Shown: positions 1 to 9,104 of the stretch, in pieces | How the letters are laid out: every line of letters starts with the position of its first letter | How positions within the stretch are numbered: position 1 is the stretch's first letter | Assembly (NCBI GenBank): GCA_044222185.1 | Contig: JBGANV010000001.1 | Location: 864,001-928,000 of the forward strand | DNA: 64,000 bases | From: Planctomycetota bacterium | GTDB taxonomy: Bacteria > Planctomycetota > GCA-002687715 > CAIWVZ01 | Direction: 5' to 3' | Program-made: the position numbers and the translations under genes | The notes under the pieces: model-generated | Database searches by the model: none | What the model saw: the letters and a program-made list of their open reading frames with translations, nothing else | What the model was told of the DNA's origin: nothing

Positions 1-948
1 GCCCCAATGGAGCGCGTCGCACGCGACGTCGAGCCCCATCGTCGGCCACGAGGCCTGGAAGTGCGGGATGTTGTCCAGGAACACGCGGGCGAACGCCGTG
101 TGGCGGAGGTACTCCTCGGCAGTTCCACCGAGTCTCCATCCCTTGCGAATGCCGAAGACGTCCCCGTAGCGGCTCTCGTACTGGAGCGGCCACGACGCGA
201 ACGCCGTGAACCCACGCCCGAAGCGCGAGAGCGACTCGTCCTGGCGGCGGCGGATGGCATCGAACGCGCGGATGCGATGCTCGGCATGTTCGCCGAAGCC
301 GAACACCATGGTCACCGTCGTCGCGAGGTCGAGTTCGTGGGCTTCGCCCATGATCCGCAGCCAGGGCTCGGTGCGCGTCTTCTTGGGTGAGACGAGCTGG
401 CGGATCTCGTCGTCGAGAATCTCGCCGCCGCCACCTGGGAGCCCCGCGAGCCCCGCACCCTTCATTCGCCGCAGGACGTCGAAGGTCGAGAGTCCTTCGA
501 GCAGCGCCAGGTGCTCGATCTCCGATGGTGAGAACGCGTTGATCTCGATCGACGGGAACGACGCCGTCATCCAACGCAGCAGGTCCTCGTACCAACCGAT
601 CCGTAGCGCCGGGTTGTGACCACCCTGCATCAGGATTCGGGTGCCGCGGCGCTCCACGAGTTCGGTGATCTTGTGCGCCAGTTCCTCACGCGACAGCACG
701 TAGGACTCCGCGTGACCCGGCGGCCGGAAGAACTCACAGAACTTGCAGTCCGTGATGCAGACGTTGGTGTAGTTGATGTTCCGATCGACGAGGTAGGTGC
801 CGACGCTCGGATCGCCGTGGCGGTTGCGCACGGCCACTGCGGCCTCTCGAAGCTTCACGGGGTCCGCATCGAGGTAGACGGGGAGGGCGTCCCTGGTATC
901 CAGTCGGCCGCCACTCCTGACCTTCTCGAGCGCGCTCTCGGTGTTCAC
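1..948 (-). CDS. mqnC: Radical SAM cyclic dehypoxanthinyl futalosine synthase (MqnC-like; 3' end runs off the window)
   Basis: Missing from the ORF track because no stop lies in the window. Manual translation from GTG 948 gives TYLVDRNINYTNVCITDCKFCEF (CxxxCxxC), LMQGGHNP, LPGGGGEILDD, TMVFGFGE, FQASWPTMG...LHWG. GGGAG RBS upstream. Confidence 0.85.
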   Translation of the reverse strand, partial: MNTESALEKVRSGGRLDTRDALPVYLDADPVKLREAAVAVRNRHGDPSVGTYLVDRNINYTNVCITDCKFCEFFRPPGHAESYVLSREELAHKITELVERRGTRILMQGGHNPALRIGWYEDLLRWMTASFPSIEINAFSPSEIEHLALLEGLSTFDVLRRMKGAGLAGLPGGGGEILDDEIRQLVSPKKTRTEPWLRIMGEAHELDLATTVTMVFGFGEHAEHRIRAFDAIRRRQDESLSRFGRGFTAFASWPLQYESRYGDVFGIRKGWRLGGTAEEYLRHTAFARVFLDNIPHFQASWPTMGLDVACDALHWG

Positions 949-1074
949 TCGCCAGCTCCCCAGACCTCGTCGTTTCAACGGCGCACGTGCGGGATCGCGA
1001 CGTCGTCGGTCGCCATGGTTAACACGCGATTCGCAGACGACGTAGGCCTCGCTCGGTGTGGGTGCGCGGGTAGC

Positions 1075-1803
1075 ATGCGCGCCGTGTACGGTCTCAAGGT
1101 CGACGGTGTCACGCGGGCCATTCGCCACGCGTCCGGTGAACTGGTCGTCGTCAAGGACGTCAGCTTCGTCGTTCCACCAGGGCACGTGATCGGCCTCACC
1201 GGGCCGACCGACGCGGGATATCGCGCGCTCTTGCGCGTCATTGCCGGCCTCGACGCGCGCTCCGCGGGAACGATCGAGCTTCTCCCCGCGCCCGGCGCCG
1301 CCGTTCCGCCGCCGTTCGGTTCGACTCTCTACCGGCAGGAGGTCCTCCACGCGCCCGCGATCCTTCCGCTGGTGGGATCCATGGGGCGCCAACTTCAGCT
1401 CCAACTGATCTCCCTCGCGGCATCGCGCCGGCGTCGCGTCCAGGCGATCGACGCGGCATCGCTACGACGCCTCGCGAGCGTGGACCCGCGGCGGGCGACG
1501 TCCGATCTCACCTTGGCCGAGCGGAGCCGGCTGGGCCTGGCGCTGGCGTGGTCACTTCGGCCCAGCCACGTGCTGGCCGAACTCGACGGGGTGTCGGCCG
1601 ACGATCGAGACCGAGCCGTCGATTTGCTGAGGCGCATGGCGGCAGCCGGCGTCGGTGTCGTCCTCGCCACGCAGGACGAGCCGTTGCTGGCGTCAGTCGC
1701 ATCCAGGATCCTCGTCTTCATGGACGGCGAGGTCGCTGCCGATGGCGCGCCCCTGGACGTGATCCCGGCCGCGGTTCGCGGACTCGCGCGGGGCGCGCCG
1801 TGA
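1075..1803 (+). CDS. Degenerate ABC-transporter ATP-binding-like protein (FetA/YbbL-like)
   Basis: VVKDVSFVVPPGHVIGLTGPTDAGYRALLRVIAGLD and VVLATQD...RILVFMDGEV match the ABC fold. Walker A lysine, LSGGQ signature and Walker B are altered. Start reassigned to ATG 1075. Confidence 0.65.
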   Translation: MRAVYGLKVDGVTRAIRHASGELVVVKDVSFVVPPGHVIGLTGPTDAGYRALLRVIAGLDARSAGTIELLPAPGAAVPPPFGSTLYRQEVLHAPAILPLVGSMGRQLQLQLISLAASRRRRVQAIDAASLRRLASVDPRRATSDLTLAERSRLGLALAWSLRPSHVLAELDGVSADDRDRAVDLLRRMAAAGVGVVLATQDEPLLASVASRILVFMDGEVAADGAPLDVIPAAVRGLARGAP

Positions 1804-2474
1804 CGAGGGCAGCCTTCGGAATCGCCTCCGTCGCGTCGCTCCTCCTGGCCGGCGTCTTGGCGCTCGGCGTCCCACCGTGGTGCGCCGTCGTCGTCGCCAT
1901 GCTCGCTTCGGTCGTCGCGAGCGTGGCTGCACTGCGCGTCGACCGTCGGCGCGGGTCGTTCGCGACATTCGTCGGCGGCGTCGTCGCGGTCGTCGTCATG
2001 GTTGTCGCGGCGATCGTTCCCGCGACGGCGTCGTCGCCGATTGCCGCCAGCTTCACCCTCGGCTGCGCCTCGCTCTGGGTGGCCTGTCTGGAGTTGGCCG
2101 AGGTCTCGCGGCTGGTTCGGAACGCACGGGCGAAGGTCGAGGCCTGGCTCGCAGCGGGCGCGAGCCCCGGAGAGGCGCTCGTGAGAACCCGTCGCGTCGC
2201 ACGGAACGGACTCGGCGTCGCGGGGCTGGTGGTCCTCCCCGCGATCCTGACGCCATCGCACGTTGCGCCCGCGCTCGTCGGCCTTGCGCTTGCGGGGCTG
2301 GTGATCGCCATGTGGGTCGTGCGCGCCGCCGTGTTGTCGACCGACATGGCCGAGGGGCGGCTGCCCGACATACCGCCGCCCGAAGCAGGGACGGCCTTCC
2401 GCGTCACGCGTCCCGACCCGGAGGCTGGCCTGCGCCCGATCGTGTACGACCGCCGCCCGGGATCGCGAACCTGA
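1800..2474 (+). CDS. Membrane protein, FetB/YbbM (UPF0014)-like permease
   Basis: Several hydrophobic segments. KVEAWLAAGASPGEA resembles the FetB IEAxLALGATxxEA motif. GTGA overlap with the upstream ATPase-like gene. Confidence 0.55.
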   Translation: MTRAAFGIASVASLLLAGVLALGVPPWCAVVVAMLASVVASVAALRVDRRRGSFATFVGGVVAVVVMVVAAIVPATASSPIAASFTLGCASLWVACLELAEVSRLVRNARAKVEAWLAAGASPGEALVRTRRVARNGLGVAGLVVLPAILTPSHVAPALVGLALAGLVIAMWVVRAAVLSTDMAEGRLPDIPPPEAGTAFRVTRPDPEAGLRPIVYDRRPGSRT

Positions 2475-2553
2475 AACCCGGCTGGCCGCGCGCCTGACTG
2501 GATCGCCGGAGGGTTCTGGCATGAGCACGGGCGATGTGCTCCAATCCGGCACC

Positions 2554-4413
2554 ATGAAGCCCAGATCGCTCTTCGCCGCACTCTTCGTCGCCTCGGTTGC
2601 CGCCCCTCATTCGGTCGGGCAGTGGTCTTCGAATGCCGCCCAGAACCTGGCCGTGGCGAACCGCCCGAACGACCAGGCGGTTCCAAAGCTGGCGCGCACC
2701 GTCGACGGAGGCTGCTGGCTTTCGTGGTTCGACCACGGTGGCGCCAACTACGACGTCTACGTGCAGCGTCTCGATTCGAATGGCTACGAGCAGTTCCCTC
2801 ACAACGGCCTCCTCGTGAGCGCCAATCCCCAGAACACGTCGCTCGTGGACTGGGACCTGATCACCGACTCTCTCGGCAACGCCGTGCTGACGTTCACCGA
2901 CACTCGCGCCGGAGGTGACCTGGACGTCTATGCCTATCGCATCAGCCCGAGCGGGCAGTTCCTCTGGGGCGCGAATGGAGTCGCGCTGTCGAACGATTCG
3001 AACTTCGAGGCGAACCCCGTCGTCGCCGAGATGACCGACGGAAGCTTCGCCTTCGCGTGGTCACGATCCGTCACCGGGGCCGATGGCAGGCTCGTCATCC
3101 AGAGGCTGGACGGCGCGGGCGTCCCGCAGCTCGGCGCCGCGGGCATCGAGATCTTCGGTGCCGCCGGAGATGATCCCGGCTTCGTGCAGATCGCTCCGTC
3201 TCTCAACGGTGCGTTCATCCTGACGTGGATCCGCGACACGTTGCCGGCCACCTCGCTGAAACACCTGCACACGCAGAAGTATGACGCCGCGGGTGCACCA
3301 CAGTGGGGCGCATCGGCCCTCGTCGTCTACAACGCCGCGTCGCTGCCGATCGCGTTCAAGCCCGACATCCTGTCGGATGGCGCTGGCGGCGCCTACTACG
3401 CCTGGCACGCGAGCGTGGGCCTCTACTTCCAAGGGCGCGTGCAGCACGTGAACGCCGCTGGCACGGAAGTCTTCCCTCACAACGGGGTCGAGGTCTCGCT
3501 GGAGGCGAGCCGATCGGATTTCAACCCGTCCATGGCGCCGCTCGCGGGGACAGGCGATCTCATCGTCTTCTACAACAAGCGCAACCAGGGCCAGTCGCTG
3601 TGGGGCATCGGGGGGCAGCGGATCTCGCCGACCGGGCAGCTGCTTTGGGGCAACAACGGCATCGAGTTCGTGCCTCTCGACGCGACGACGGAGGAGGTCC
3701 CGAAGGCGGTGCCCTGCCAGAACGGCGCCATGTGCTTCGTCGAACAGGGAAACTTCACGACGACCCTCCTGGGGTTCAGGGTCGACGCAGCGGGCACCAT
3801 GCTGTGGGCTCCGACGGCGTCGCTGATCAGCTCCGTCGTGAGCCCGAAGGACAAGTTGCGCGCCGTGCAGGCGGCCGATGGCAAGGCGATCGTCGCGTGG
3901 AACGACGCACGGACGGACGTCAACGACGTGTACGCGCAGGCCGTGCAGCTCGACGGCACGTTGGGCATTCCGCCCGCGTTGGTCACGGCGTACGGGTGCG
4001 GCGTGAACCCGGCGAACTCGCTGGTCGTCGTTTCAGGCGCACCGTCACTCGGTACGACGGTGACGTTCGGCGTCGACGACCCCGGACTTTCGATGGCATC
4101 TGGATCGCTGCCAGTGCTGGCGATCGGTGGCGCTCCGATGCCCGGTTTCCCATGTGGACTCGTCCTCGGCAACGCGGGCCTCGCATCGGTGGGATCCAAC
4201 GGGGAACTCCTCGTCGATCTCAACAGTCTGGTCGTACCTCTGGTTTCGGGTCCTGCCTGGACCAACGGCGGCGGACCGGTGCCGTACCCTGTTGCGATCC
4301 CCGCGCTTCCAGCGATCCTCACACTGGTCGCCGAGTTGCAGGGTGCCTTGATCGATCCTGTTTCCGGGCGCGTGGGGCTCACGAACGGTCTACAGGTCCG
4401 CATCGGTCCGTGA
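2554..4413 (+). CDS. Secreted repeat (probable beta-propeller) protein with C-terminal beta-sandwich tag
   Basis: Signal peptide MKPRSLFAALFVASVAAPHSVG|Q. About 8 repeats of (VY)xQR(L/I)xxxGxxxWxxNG. Distinct C-terminal domain ending LTNGLQVRIGP. Confidence 0.8.
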   Translation: MKPRSLFAALFVASVAAPHSVGQWSSNAAQNLAVANRPNDQAVPKLARTVDGGCWLSWFDHGGANYDVYVQRLDSNGYEQFPHNGLLVSANPQNTSLVDWDLITDSLGNAVLTFTDTRAGGDLDVYAYRISPSGQFLWGANGVALSNDSNFEANPVVAEMTDGSFAFAWSRSVTGADGRLVIQRLDGAGVPQLGAAGIEIFGAAGDDPGFVQIAPSLNGAFILTWIRDTLPATSLKHLHTQKYDAAGAPQWGASALVVYNAASLPIAFKPDILSDGAGGAYYAWHASVGLYFQGRVQHVNAAGTEVFPHNGVEVSLEASRSDFNPSMAPLAGTGDLIVFYNKRNQGQSLWGIGGQRISPTGQLLWGNNGIEFVPLDATTEEVPKAVPCQNGAMCFVEQGNFTTTLLGFRVDAAGTMLWAPTASLISSVVSPKDKLRAVQAADGKAIVAWNDARTDVNDVYAQAVQLDGTLGIPPALVTAYGCGVNPANSLVVVSGAPSLGTTVTFGVDDPGLSMASGSLPVLAIGGAPMPGFPCGLVLGNAGLASVGSNGELLVDLNSLVVPLVSGPAWTNGGGPVPYPVAIPALPAILTLVAELQGALIDPVSGRVGLTNGLQVRIGP

Positions 4414-4562
4414 CGAAAGCCAAGGCGGTCCGCGTCGCGTTTGGCGTCAGGATCGTCGCTGCTACGATCGCACCCCTGATCGTGGACGATCACCGATTGG
4501 ACCCTCACGCACGGCGGTCGATCGACTCCGCGATCATCGACGGAGTGACGAAGGAAAGACAC

Positions 4563-4886
4563 ATGGGCGCAGCCAAGAGCCTCACGGGTACGGAGTTCGA
4601 GAGCCTGCTGAAGACCACGACGACACCGATCCTCGTCGACTTCGGCGCCACATGGTGCGGTCCGTGCCAGTCGCTCGCTCCTCAGATCGACAAGATGGCG
4701 CAGGAATTCGCCGGTCAGGCCGTGATTGCGAAGGTGGACGTCGACCAGGAAGGTGACCTCGCCACGCGCTTCAACGTCCTGAGCGTCCCGACCGTCCTCT
4801 TCTTCAAGGGTGGGAAGAAGGTGGACAGCGTGGTGGGAAATCAGCCCGAGGTCATCCGGACGAAACTGCGCGCCCTCCTCGGCTGA
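4563..4886 (+). CDS. trxA: Thioredoxin
   Basis: LVDFGATWCGPCQ, KVDVD, SVPT; AAGGA RBS; 107 aa. Confidence 0.93.
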   Translation: MGAAKSLTGTEFESLLKTTTTPILVDFGATWCGPCQSLAPQIDKMAQEFAGQAVIAKVDVDQEGDLATRFNVLSVPTVLFFKGGKKVDSVVGNQPEVIRTKLRALLG

Positions 4887-4908
4887 TCCGCTCGCTGACG
4901 GCTTGATC

Positions 4909-5949
4909 GTGACAGCGGAAGTTTCCCTCGTTCGCGATCAGGTCGTCGAGAGACTGAAGAGTGCGACGCGCGTCGTCCTGACCACGCACATCACGCCGGA
5001 CGCAGACGGCCTCGGTTCGGCGCTTGCGCTCGCCCGCGTGTTGAACGCCATGGGCAAGCGCGCACGGATCATCAACTGCTCGTCGTCGCCGAAGGAGCTG
5101 CACTTCCTTTGCCGGCCCGGTGAGTACAACGTCTACTCCCGTGAGCGGCACGACGCCGAGATCCTCGATGCGGACGCCATCATCGCCACCGACATCGGCG
5201 GCGTCATGCGCCTCGGGAAGATGGAGCCGATCGTCCGGGCGACGAAGGCGACGCGGATCGTGATCGACCATCACGTGTACGAGAACGACATCTTCGACCT
5301 TCCGTACATCGTCATCGGCGCGTCGTCGTCGGCCGAGCTGACCTACGACCTGATCCGAGCCCTCGGTGCACCCGTCACGCGCCAGGTGGCCGAGCCGCTC
5401 TACTGCGGGATGATCGCCGACACCGGGAATTTTGCGTACGAAGCGACGAGCCCGAGGGCGCACCGCATAGCTGCCGAGCTGCTCGAGGTCGGGGTTCGTC
5501 CCCAGGAGATCTGGCGCCGGATGAACTGCCACAAGGCCCTGCTGAAGATGCGGGTCCTGGGCACGTTGCTCGCGGGGCTGAACGTCCTGATGGACGGCCG
5601 CGTCATCTGGGCCAAGGTCGATCTGCCGTTCCTCGCGCAGCACGGCGTCGAGCCACGGGATTGTTTCGAGATCGTGAATCACATGTGCCAGATCGACGAA
5701 GTGGAGGTCGGCCTCCTCTTCCTGCAACTCGGATCGGACAAGACCAAGGTCAGCCTGCGGTCGGCGGGGCACGTGGACGTGTGCGGGATCGCCGCTGGGT
5801 ACGGCGGGGGCGGTCACCGCTATGCTGCGGGCTGCACGGTCGATTCCGTGCCATTCGAAGATGCGATCGCGCGGGTCAACGGTGAGGTGATGCGCCTCGT
5901 CGAACACTGGGACTTGCGGGTCGAAAACGGTGAGAGCGTTCGCGGCTGA
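4909..5949 (+). CDS. nrnA: DHH/DHHA1 bifunctional oligoribonuclease / PAP phosphatase
   Basis: THITPDADGLGS, VIDHH, ADTGNF, VSLRS, GGGGHRYAAG. Confidence 0.88.
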   Translation: MTAEVSLVRDQVVERLKSATRVVLTTHITPDADGLGSALALARVLNAMGKRARIINCSSSPKELHFLCRPGEYNVYSRERHDAEILDADAIIATDIGGVMRLGKMEPIVRATKATRIVIDHHVYENDIFDLPYIVIGASSSAELTYDLIRALGAPVTRQVAEPLYCGMIADTGNFAYEATSPRAHRIAAELLEVGVRPQEIWRRMNCHKALLKMRVLGTLLAGLNVLMDGRVIWAKVDLPFLAQHGVEPRDCFEIVNHMCQIDEVEVGLLFLQLGSDKTKVSLRSAGHVDVCGIAAGYGGGGHRYAAGCTVDSVPFEDAIARVNGEVMRLVEHWDLRVENGESVRG

Positions 5950-6003
5950 GAGTCGACGCCGCGCGAGCTCGCCGAGCCATCGGAGCGATTGGAAGAGGTG
6001 TCC

Positions 6004-7521
6004 ATGCCGACGCAGTTCATTGCGGATTGGGAACACGCGCTCGAGTCGGATGTCGTCGGCGTGATGATGCCGGCGACGGCTCTGAAGACCTTCACCCCGA
6101 GCCTCGTGGCGCTGGATCGCTGGCTGAATGGCTCGCTCAGGCGGCTTTTCGAGGACTCGGCGTTCAAGGCTGACGCGGAAAAGGTCGTCACGCATTTTCC
6201 TGCTCGGCTTCACGGTCCGAAGAAGATCGTCTTCGTCGGGATCGGGTCGCAGGGGACGCCGTCGGAGGAGACGGTTCGCCGCGCCGCCGCGCTGGTCACG
6301 AAGGCTGCGGGCGATGCCGCGTCGATCGCCATCGGGATCGACTTCGCCGGCATGGACGTGGCACGGGCGGCGGAGGCCGTCGTCCTCGGGCATCGCCTTG
6401 CTCGATACAAGTTCGACAGGTTCAAGCAGCGCCCCGGCGCGAAGCCGGCGCCGAAGAAGCCGCCAACGCTGACGCTCGTGACGTCCACCGCTGTGCAACG
6501 CGCCGTGGCCAGGAAGGGGGCGGCGACGGGTGAGGCCGTGGCCGAGGGCGTCGAGTGCGCGCGCGACCTGGCCAATCTCCCTGCCAATCACTGCACTCCG
6601 ACGATTCTCGCTCGGGAGGCCCGACGCGTCGCGCGAAACGGGGTGCGCTGCTCCGTCCTCGACGAGAAGCAGATGGCGCGCCTCGGGATGGGCAGCCTGC
6701 TGTCGGTCGCGCAGGGGAGTGATCAGCCACCGCGACTCATCGTCCTCGAATACGGGCGCAAGACCCCGGGGACGAAGACGGTCTGCATCCTCGGCAAGGC
6801 GATCACGTTCGACTCCGGCGGCATCTCCATCAAGCCCGCCCTGGAGATGGACAAGATGCGCTACGACAAGAGCGGAGGCTGTGCCGTGATCGGCATCTTC
6901 CGTTCGTTGTCCCGCTTGCGTCCCAATCTGCACGTCGTCGGACTCGTGCCCGCCTCGGAGAACATGACCGGCGGTTCGGCGACGAAGCCCGGCGACCTCG
7001 TCCGCGCGATGAACGGGAAGTCCATCGAGGTGCTGAACACGGACGCAGAGGGCCGCTTGGTGCTCGCCGACGCCCTCTGCTACGCGCACCGCTGGAAGCC
7101 CGACCACCTGATCGACATGGCCACGCTCACGGGCGCCTGCGTCATGACGTTCGCGTCCCACGTCAGTGCCATCGTCGGCACCGACGACGCGCTCATTCGC
7201 GAGCTCTTCGCATGCGGCGAGGCGACGGGTGAGCGCCTCTGGCAGCTGCCTCTCTACGAGGAATACGAGCAGATGGTGCGCGGGGCGTACGGAGACCTGA
7301 AGAACATCGGCGGGCCGAAGGGCGGAACGATCACCGCGGCGGCGTTCTTGAAGTCCTTCACGGACGGGCGCTCGTGGGCCCACCTGGACATCGCCGGCAC
7401 GGCCTACGACGATCCGAGCCGCCCGTACAATCTGGGCAGCGGCGCCACCGGCGTCGGTGTGCGCCTCCTGACGAGGTATCTGATGGACACCGCGACGAAG
7501 CGGGAGCGGGCAAGGAAGTGA
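6004..7521 (+). CDS. pepA: Leucyl aminopeptidase (M17)
   Basis: GKAITFDSGG, KMRYDKSGG, NTDAEGRL, DMATLTGA, WAHLDIAG. Confidence 0.95.
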   Translation: MPTQFIADWEHALESDVVGVMMPATALKTFTPSLVALDRWLNGSLRRLFEDSAFKADAEKVVTHFPARLHGPKKIVFVGIGSQGTPSEETVRRAAALVTKAAGDAASIAIGIDFAGMDVARAAEAVVLGHRLARYKFDRFKQRPGAKPAPKKPPTLTLVTSTAVQRAVARKGAATGEAVAEGVECARDLANLPANHCTPTILAREARRVARNGVRCSVLDEKQMARLGMGSLLSVAQGSDQPPRLIVLEYGRKTPGTKTVCILGKAITFDSGGISIKPALEMDKMRYDKSGGCAVIGIFRSLSRLRPNLHVVGLVPASENMTGGSATKPGDLVRAMNGKSIEVLNTDAEGRLVLADALCYAHRWKPDHLIDMATLTGACVMTFASHVSAIVGTDDALIRELFACGEATGERLWQLPLYEEYEQMVRGAYGDLKNIGGPKGGTITAAAFLKSFTDGRSWAHLDIAGTAYDDPSRPYNLGSGATGVGVRLLTRYLMDTATKRERARK

Positions 7522-7527
7522 CCGCGG

Positions 7528-8232
7528 GTGATTGATCCGTCGATCCAACACTCGAAATCGCAGCCCGAGCCGGGTGCCGTGCTCACGGTGCCCCTGTTCC
7601 CGCTGCCGTCGATCGTGATGTTCCCGAGGATCAAGCTGCCCCTCTACATCTTCGAGCCGCGCTATCGGGCCTTGCTCACACATGCGCTTGACGGTGATGG
7701 CCTCGTGGGGATCCCGCTCCTCCTACCGGGGTTCGAACGCAACTACGCCGGCTCCCCGGAAGTCACGAACGTCTTCGGGGTCGGCACGATCGAGGACTAC
7801 GAGACCCACGACGACGGGACGAGCAACATCGAGATCCTCGGGCGCTGGCGCGTCCGCACGTTGGAGGAACTCGAAAGCTCGCCGTTCCGGATGGCGCGCG
7901 TCGAGGTCCTCGCCGACGTGGTGCCCGACGCCGAGGTGTCCGCGCAGCTGCATCGACATCTGCGGGACGCGCTGGACGGACTGGAGCGGCTCGGAGTACG
8001 GCCCGAGGCGAAGGAAGCGCTGCAGCGCGTTTTTCGAGATGGCGCCAGCGACGTTGCGTTCCTCGTCCACATGCTCACGACCGTGATCGTGGGCAACCCG
8101 GGCGTCCGTCAGAAGATCCTCGAGGAGAACTGCCTCGCGGCCCGCGCCCGACACCTCGTGACGATCATCGAAACACTGCGGCAGGAGCTGGAGCGCCCTT
8201 CGGGTCGCCCGGAACCGGAAGCCGAGGATTGA
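7528..8232 (+). CDS. LON peptidase substrate-binding (Lon N-terminal) domain protein
   Basis: VPLFPLPSIVMFPRIKLPLYIFEPRYR, GVGTI...DDG.SNI...GRWR; no AAA+ or protease domain. Confidence 0.88.
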   Translation: MIDPSIQHSKSQPEPGAVLTVPLFPLPSIVMFPRIKLPLYIFEPRYRALLTHALDGDGLVGIPLLLPGFERNYAGSPEVTNVFGVGTIEDYETHDDGTSNIEILGRWRVRTLEELESSPFRMARVEVLADVVPDAEVSAQLHRHLRDALDGLERLGVRPEAKEALQRVFRDGASDVAFLVHMLTTVIVGNPGVRQKILEENCLAARARHLVTIIETLRQELERPSGRPEPEAED

Positions 8233-8236
8233 ACCC

Positions 8237-9040
8237 ATGCGCATCTTCGAACCCCACATCCACATGGTCTCCCGCATCACCGACGACTATGAAGCCATGG
8301 CGAACGCCGGCGTCGAACTCGTACTCGAGCCCGCGTTCTGGCTGGGGCAGCCGCGGACCCGGATCGGGAGCTTCATCGACTACTTCGAGCATCTCCTCGG
8401 CTTCGAGGTGACGCGGGCGCGGCAGTACAACATCCAACACGTCTGCACGCTGTCACTGAACCCGCGCGAAGCGAACAATCGCCCGCTCGCGGAGGAGGTC
8501 CTGGCGATCCTGCCAGGCTACCTCTCTCGCGATCGCGTCGTGGGTGTCGGAGAGATCGGCTTCGACGACATCACGGAGGCGGAAACGGAGATGATGCGTC
8601 GCCAGCTCGTGATGGCGATGCAGGCGGGACTGCCGGCGCTCGTCCACACCCCGCATCGCAAGAAGGCCTTCGGGACGCAGCGGACCATCGACGTCTGTCG
8701 CGAGGTGAACTTCCCGTTCGACAAGCTTCTGCTCGATCACGCGACCGAGGAGACGATCAAGATGATCCTCGACTCCGGCGCGTGGGCCGGGTTCACCATC
8801 TACCCGCACACGAAACTGACGCCCGAGCGCGCGGCGAACATGGTCTTCGCGCATGGCGTCGAGCGGATGATGATCAACAGCAGCGCCGACTGGGGGATCT
8901 CGACGGTGATGTCCGTGCCCGCCACGATCGTCGAACTGCGGCGCCGCGGCATGTCGGCTGGCGACATCCAACGGCTCGTCTGGGACAACCCGTACGGCTT
9001 CTACAACGTGACGGGTCGGCTGTCGGCGATCATCTGCTGA
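8237..9040 (+). CDS. eboB: TatD-family hydrolase, EboB-like
   Basis: PHIHMVSRITDDYEAM, EPAFWLGQPRT, SLNPREAN, VGEIG, VHTPHR, NSSADWG are typical of the EboB subfamily. Confidence 0.8.
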   Translation: MRIFEPHIHMVSRITDDYEAMANAGVELVLEPAFWLGQPRTRIGSFIDYFEHLLGFEVTRARQYNIQHVCTLSLNPREANNRPLAEEVLAILPGYLSRDRVVGVGEIGFDDITEAETEMMRRQLVMAMQAGLPALVHTPHRKKAFGTQRTIDVCREVNFPFDKLLLDHATEETIKMILDSGAWAGFTIYPHTKLTPERAANMVFAHGVERMMINSSADWGISTVMSVPATIVELRRRGMSAGDIQRLVWDNPYGFYNVTGRLSAIIC

Positions 9041-9054
9041 GCCTGAGACGAACA

Positions 9055-9085
9055 CGGGCCGGCCGCGCGAACGCGGACCGGCCCG
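9055..9085. terminator. GC-rich hairpin between convergent genes
   Basis: CGGGCCGGCCGCG-CGAA-CGCGG(A)CCGGCCCG; no U-tract. Confidence 0.4.
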
Positions 9086-9104
9086 ATGGCGCGGACGAGG
9101 TGGA

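Noticed and set aside
975-1016. Tiny minus-strand ORF MATDDVAIPHVRR upstream of mqnC as a leader peptide
   Set aside because: No regulatory codon run or attenuator structure; probably chance.
7-1074. Plus-strand ORFs 7-390 and 206-619, and the N-terminal part of 616-1803
   Set aside because: Antisense to mqnC; the ABC-like sequence starts only at ATG 1075.
3303-4562. Apparent 527-aa thioredoxin fusion
   Set aside because: Open-frame extension overlapping the real 2554-4413 gene; trxA has its own RBS and ATG at 4563. The extended ORFs for udk, fabG, thiL and eboC are the same artefact.
4852-7683. 943-aa minus-strand ORF, plus similar long antisense ORFs (23017-25908, 33099-34808, 18650-20722, 55149-56669)
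   Set aside because: Shadow frames of well-supported genes in high-GC DNA; no motifs of their own.
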